From Marsupella aquatica (Eukaryota > Plantae > Marchantiophyta): a stretch of DNA of 64,000 nt. A model generated the notes under the pieces. The model ran no database searches. It was not told the origin of the DNA and saw only the letters and a program-made list of their open reading frames with translations. Positions 62,887 through 64,000 of the stretch are shown here, in pieces. The stretch is taken from assembly GCA_973895155.1 (NCBI GenBank), contig OZ316891.1, positions 9,673,875-9,737,874 on the forward strand, given 5' to 3'. Positions within the stretch are counted from its first letter, which is position 1. The number at the start of each line of letters is the position of its first letter. A program made the translations under genes and the position numbers.

Positions 62887-63546
62887 CACAATGTGTGTTA
62901 TCTACCAGTTTGTTATTAATCAGTCAGTTGGATTTAGAAAAATTTGGGGTCATGTGAGTAAAAGTTTTGTTGGTGTGAGTAAATATTTTATTTTGGTGTG
63001 GGTATAATGCCTGAAGGAGAGTTTGGTTAGCAAGACACTAGTGAATTTTTTTTTTTCTGCATATTAAAGACTTCACATGGCTAGTAAGCTCGTTAGCAAA
63101 AAGAGGAGTCCCACTATCTATGTTATCAACCAGTTTGTTATTAACCGGTCAGTTGGATATAGAAAAATTTGGGGTCATGTAAAAGTTTTGTTGGTGTGAG
63201 TAAATATTTTATTGTTTCCTCACAAGCTACTACGACTCCCTTTGCGATGCATTAATCAGCAACACCTGAGCTGATCTGACACGTGCTCTTCTGGACGTTG
63301 ACACGTAAGCTCCCCCGGCCAGTACAGTAGACATCGCATGATCGACGAGCACAAGTGAAGTCTGGAGTATCAAGCGAGTTTTGAGCGACGAAGAATTGGA
63401 GAGTAAATGGGTTTTTCTTTGGGTCTCTCTAGACTCTTGTTTCTGGACTGTCCTTGAAAGCTGTTGGTTTTTGGTGTGGATTAGAGCGCACTATAACTCG
63501 TGTATCCAGGATTGGAATCGATTGCGCTGGACAGAATTCTGCAATC

Positions 63547-64000
63547 ATGGAATCTGAGAAACAGGAGGGAATGCAGATCCTGCAAGAGCAAGGAGGTGAT
63601 ATCTTGAGCGCTAGTAGTTATCAAGAGCAAGAGCTTCGACATACTAACAGCATCGGAGACAAAGGACGAGATGAAAGCACGCAGGCCGGTGATTTCTTGC
63701 GGGGGAGCAGAGGAGACGAGCCATCCAGCGCTTTGATGCACATACTTCAGGATCATCATCACCACAGCCACCATGAGAAGACGCAGAGCAACTCCAAAGC
63801 GTCAGCAGCAGCGGCAGGAGACAAATCTGGCGATGCTGTAGAGACCGTGGAGGGGAAGCCCTGGGATGTTGCAGGAGATGCGGCAAACGGGAAAGGAGTC
63901 GATCAAGAAAGTTCTTCCCATCGTTTGCCTCATCAGGAGGTGCCTCAACCAGGACAGTACACTGACATGGATGCTGTGGTTGAATTTGTCGCCTTGGCAG
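63547..64000 (+). CDS. N-terminal part of an unknown protein, open to the window end (absent from the ORF track because it has no stop)
   Basis: atcATGG start; 151 uninterrupted codons MESEKQEGMQILQEQGGD...QDHHHHSHHEK...MDAVVEFVALA; hydrophilic and low-complexity. Confidence 0.6.
   Translation, partial: MESEKQEGMQILQEQGGDILSASSYQEQELRHTNSIGDKGRDESTQAGDFLRGSRGDEPSSALMHILQDHHHHSHHEKTQSNSKASAAAAGDKSGDAVETVEGKPWDVAGDAANGKGVDQESSSHRLPHQEVPQPGQYTDMDAVVEFVALA

Overview
Eukaryotic nuclear DNA from a land plant, with GT-AG introns and many TEs. An intact IFT122 gene points to a lineage with flagellated sperm, most plausibly a bryophyte (inference). Host genes: pyridoxal reductase-like aldo-keto reductase (PLR1, runs off the left edge), an intronless RI-type LRR protein, DPH4/DNAJC24, IFT122, an intronless homogentisate phytyltransferase (VTE2/HPT1), DDRGK1, and an unknown ORF running off the right edge. 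Intergenic space holds an apparently intact PIF/Harbinger transposon (25-bp perfect TIRs, TGA TSD, both genes open) nested in an older foldback element. A decayed Harbinger sits inside the RT of a CRE-like (restriction-like-endonuclease) non-LTR retrotransposon, which itself interrupts an AT-rich dispersed repeat. There are also two copies of an LTR, a nad2 NUMT, a Mutator-like MITE with an adjacent empty site, and several tandem arrays. I found no CRISPR array, rRNA or tRNA, and no convincing wholly new system; the best leads are the intact Harbinger, the CRE-like retroposon nest, the intronless HPT and the orphan LRR gene. All calls come from reading the sequence by eye.
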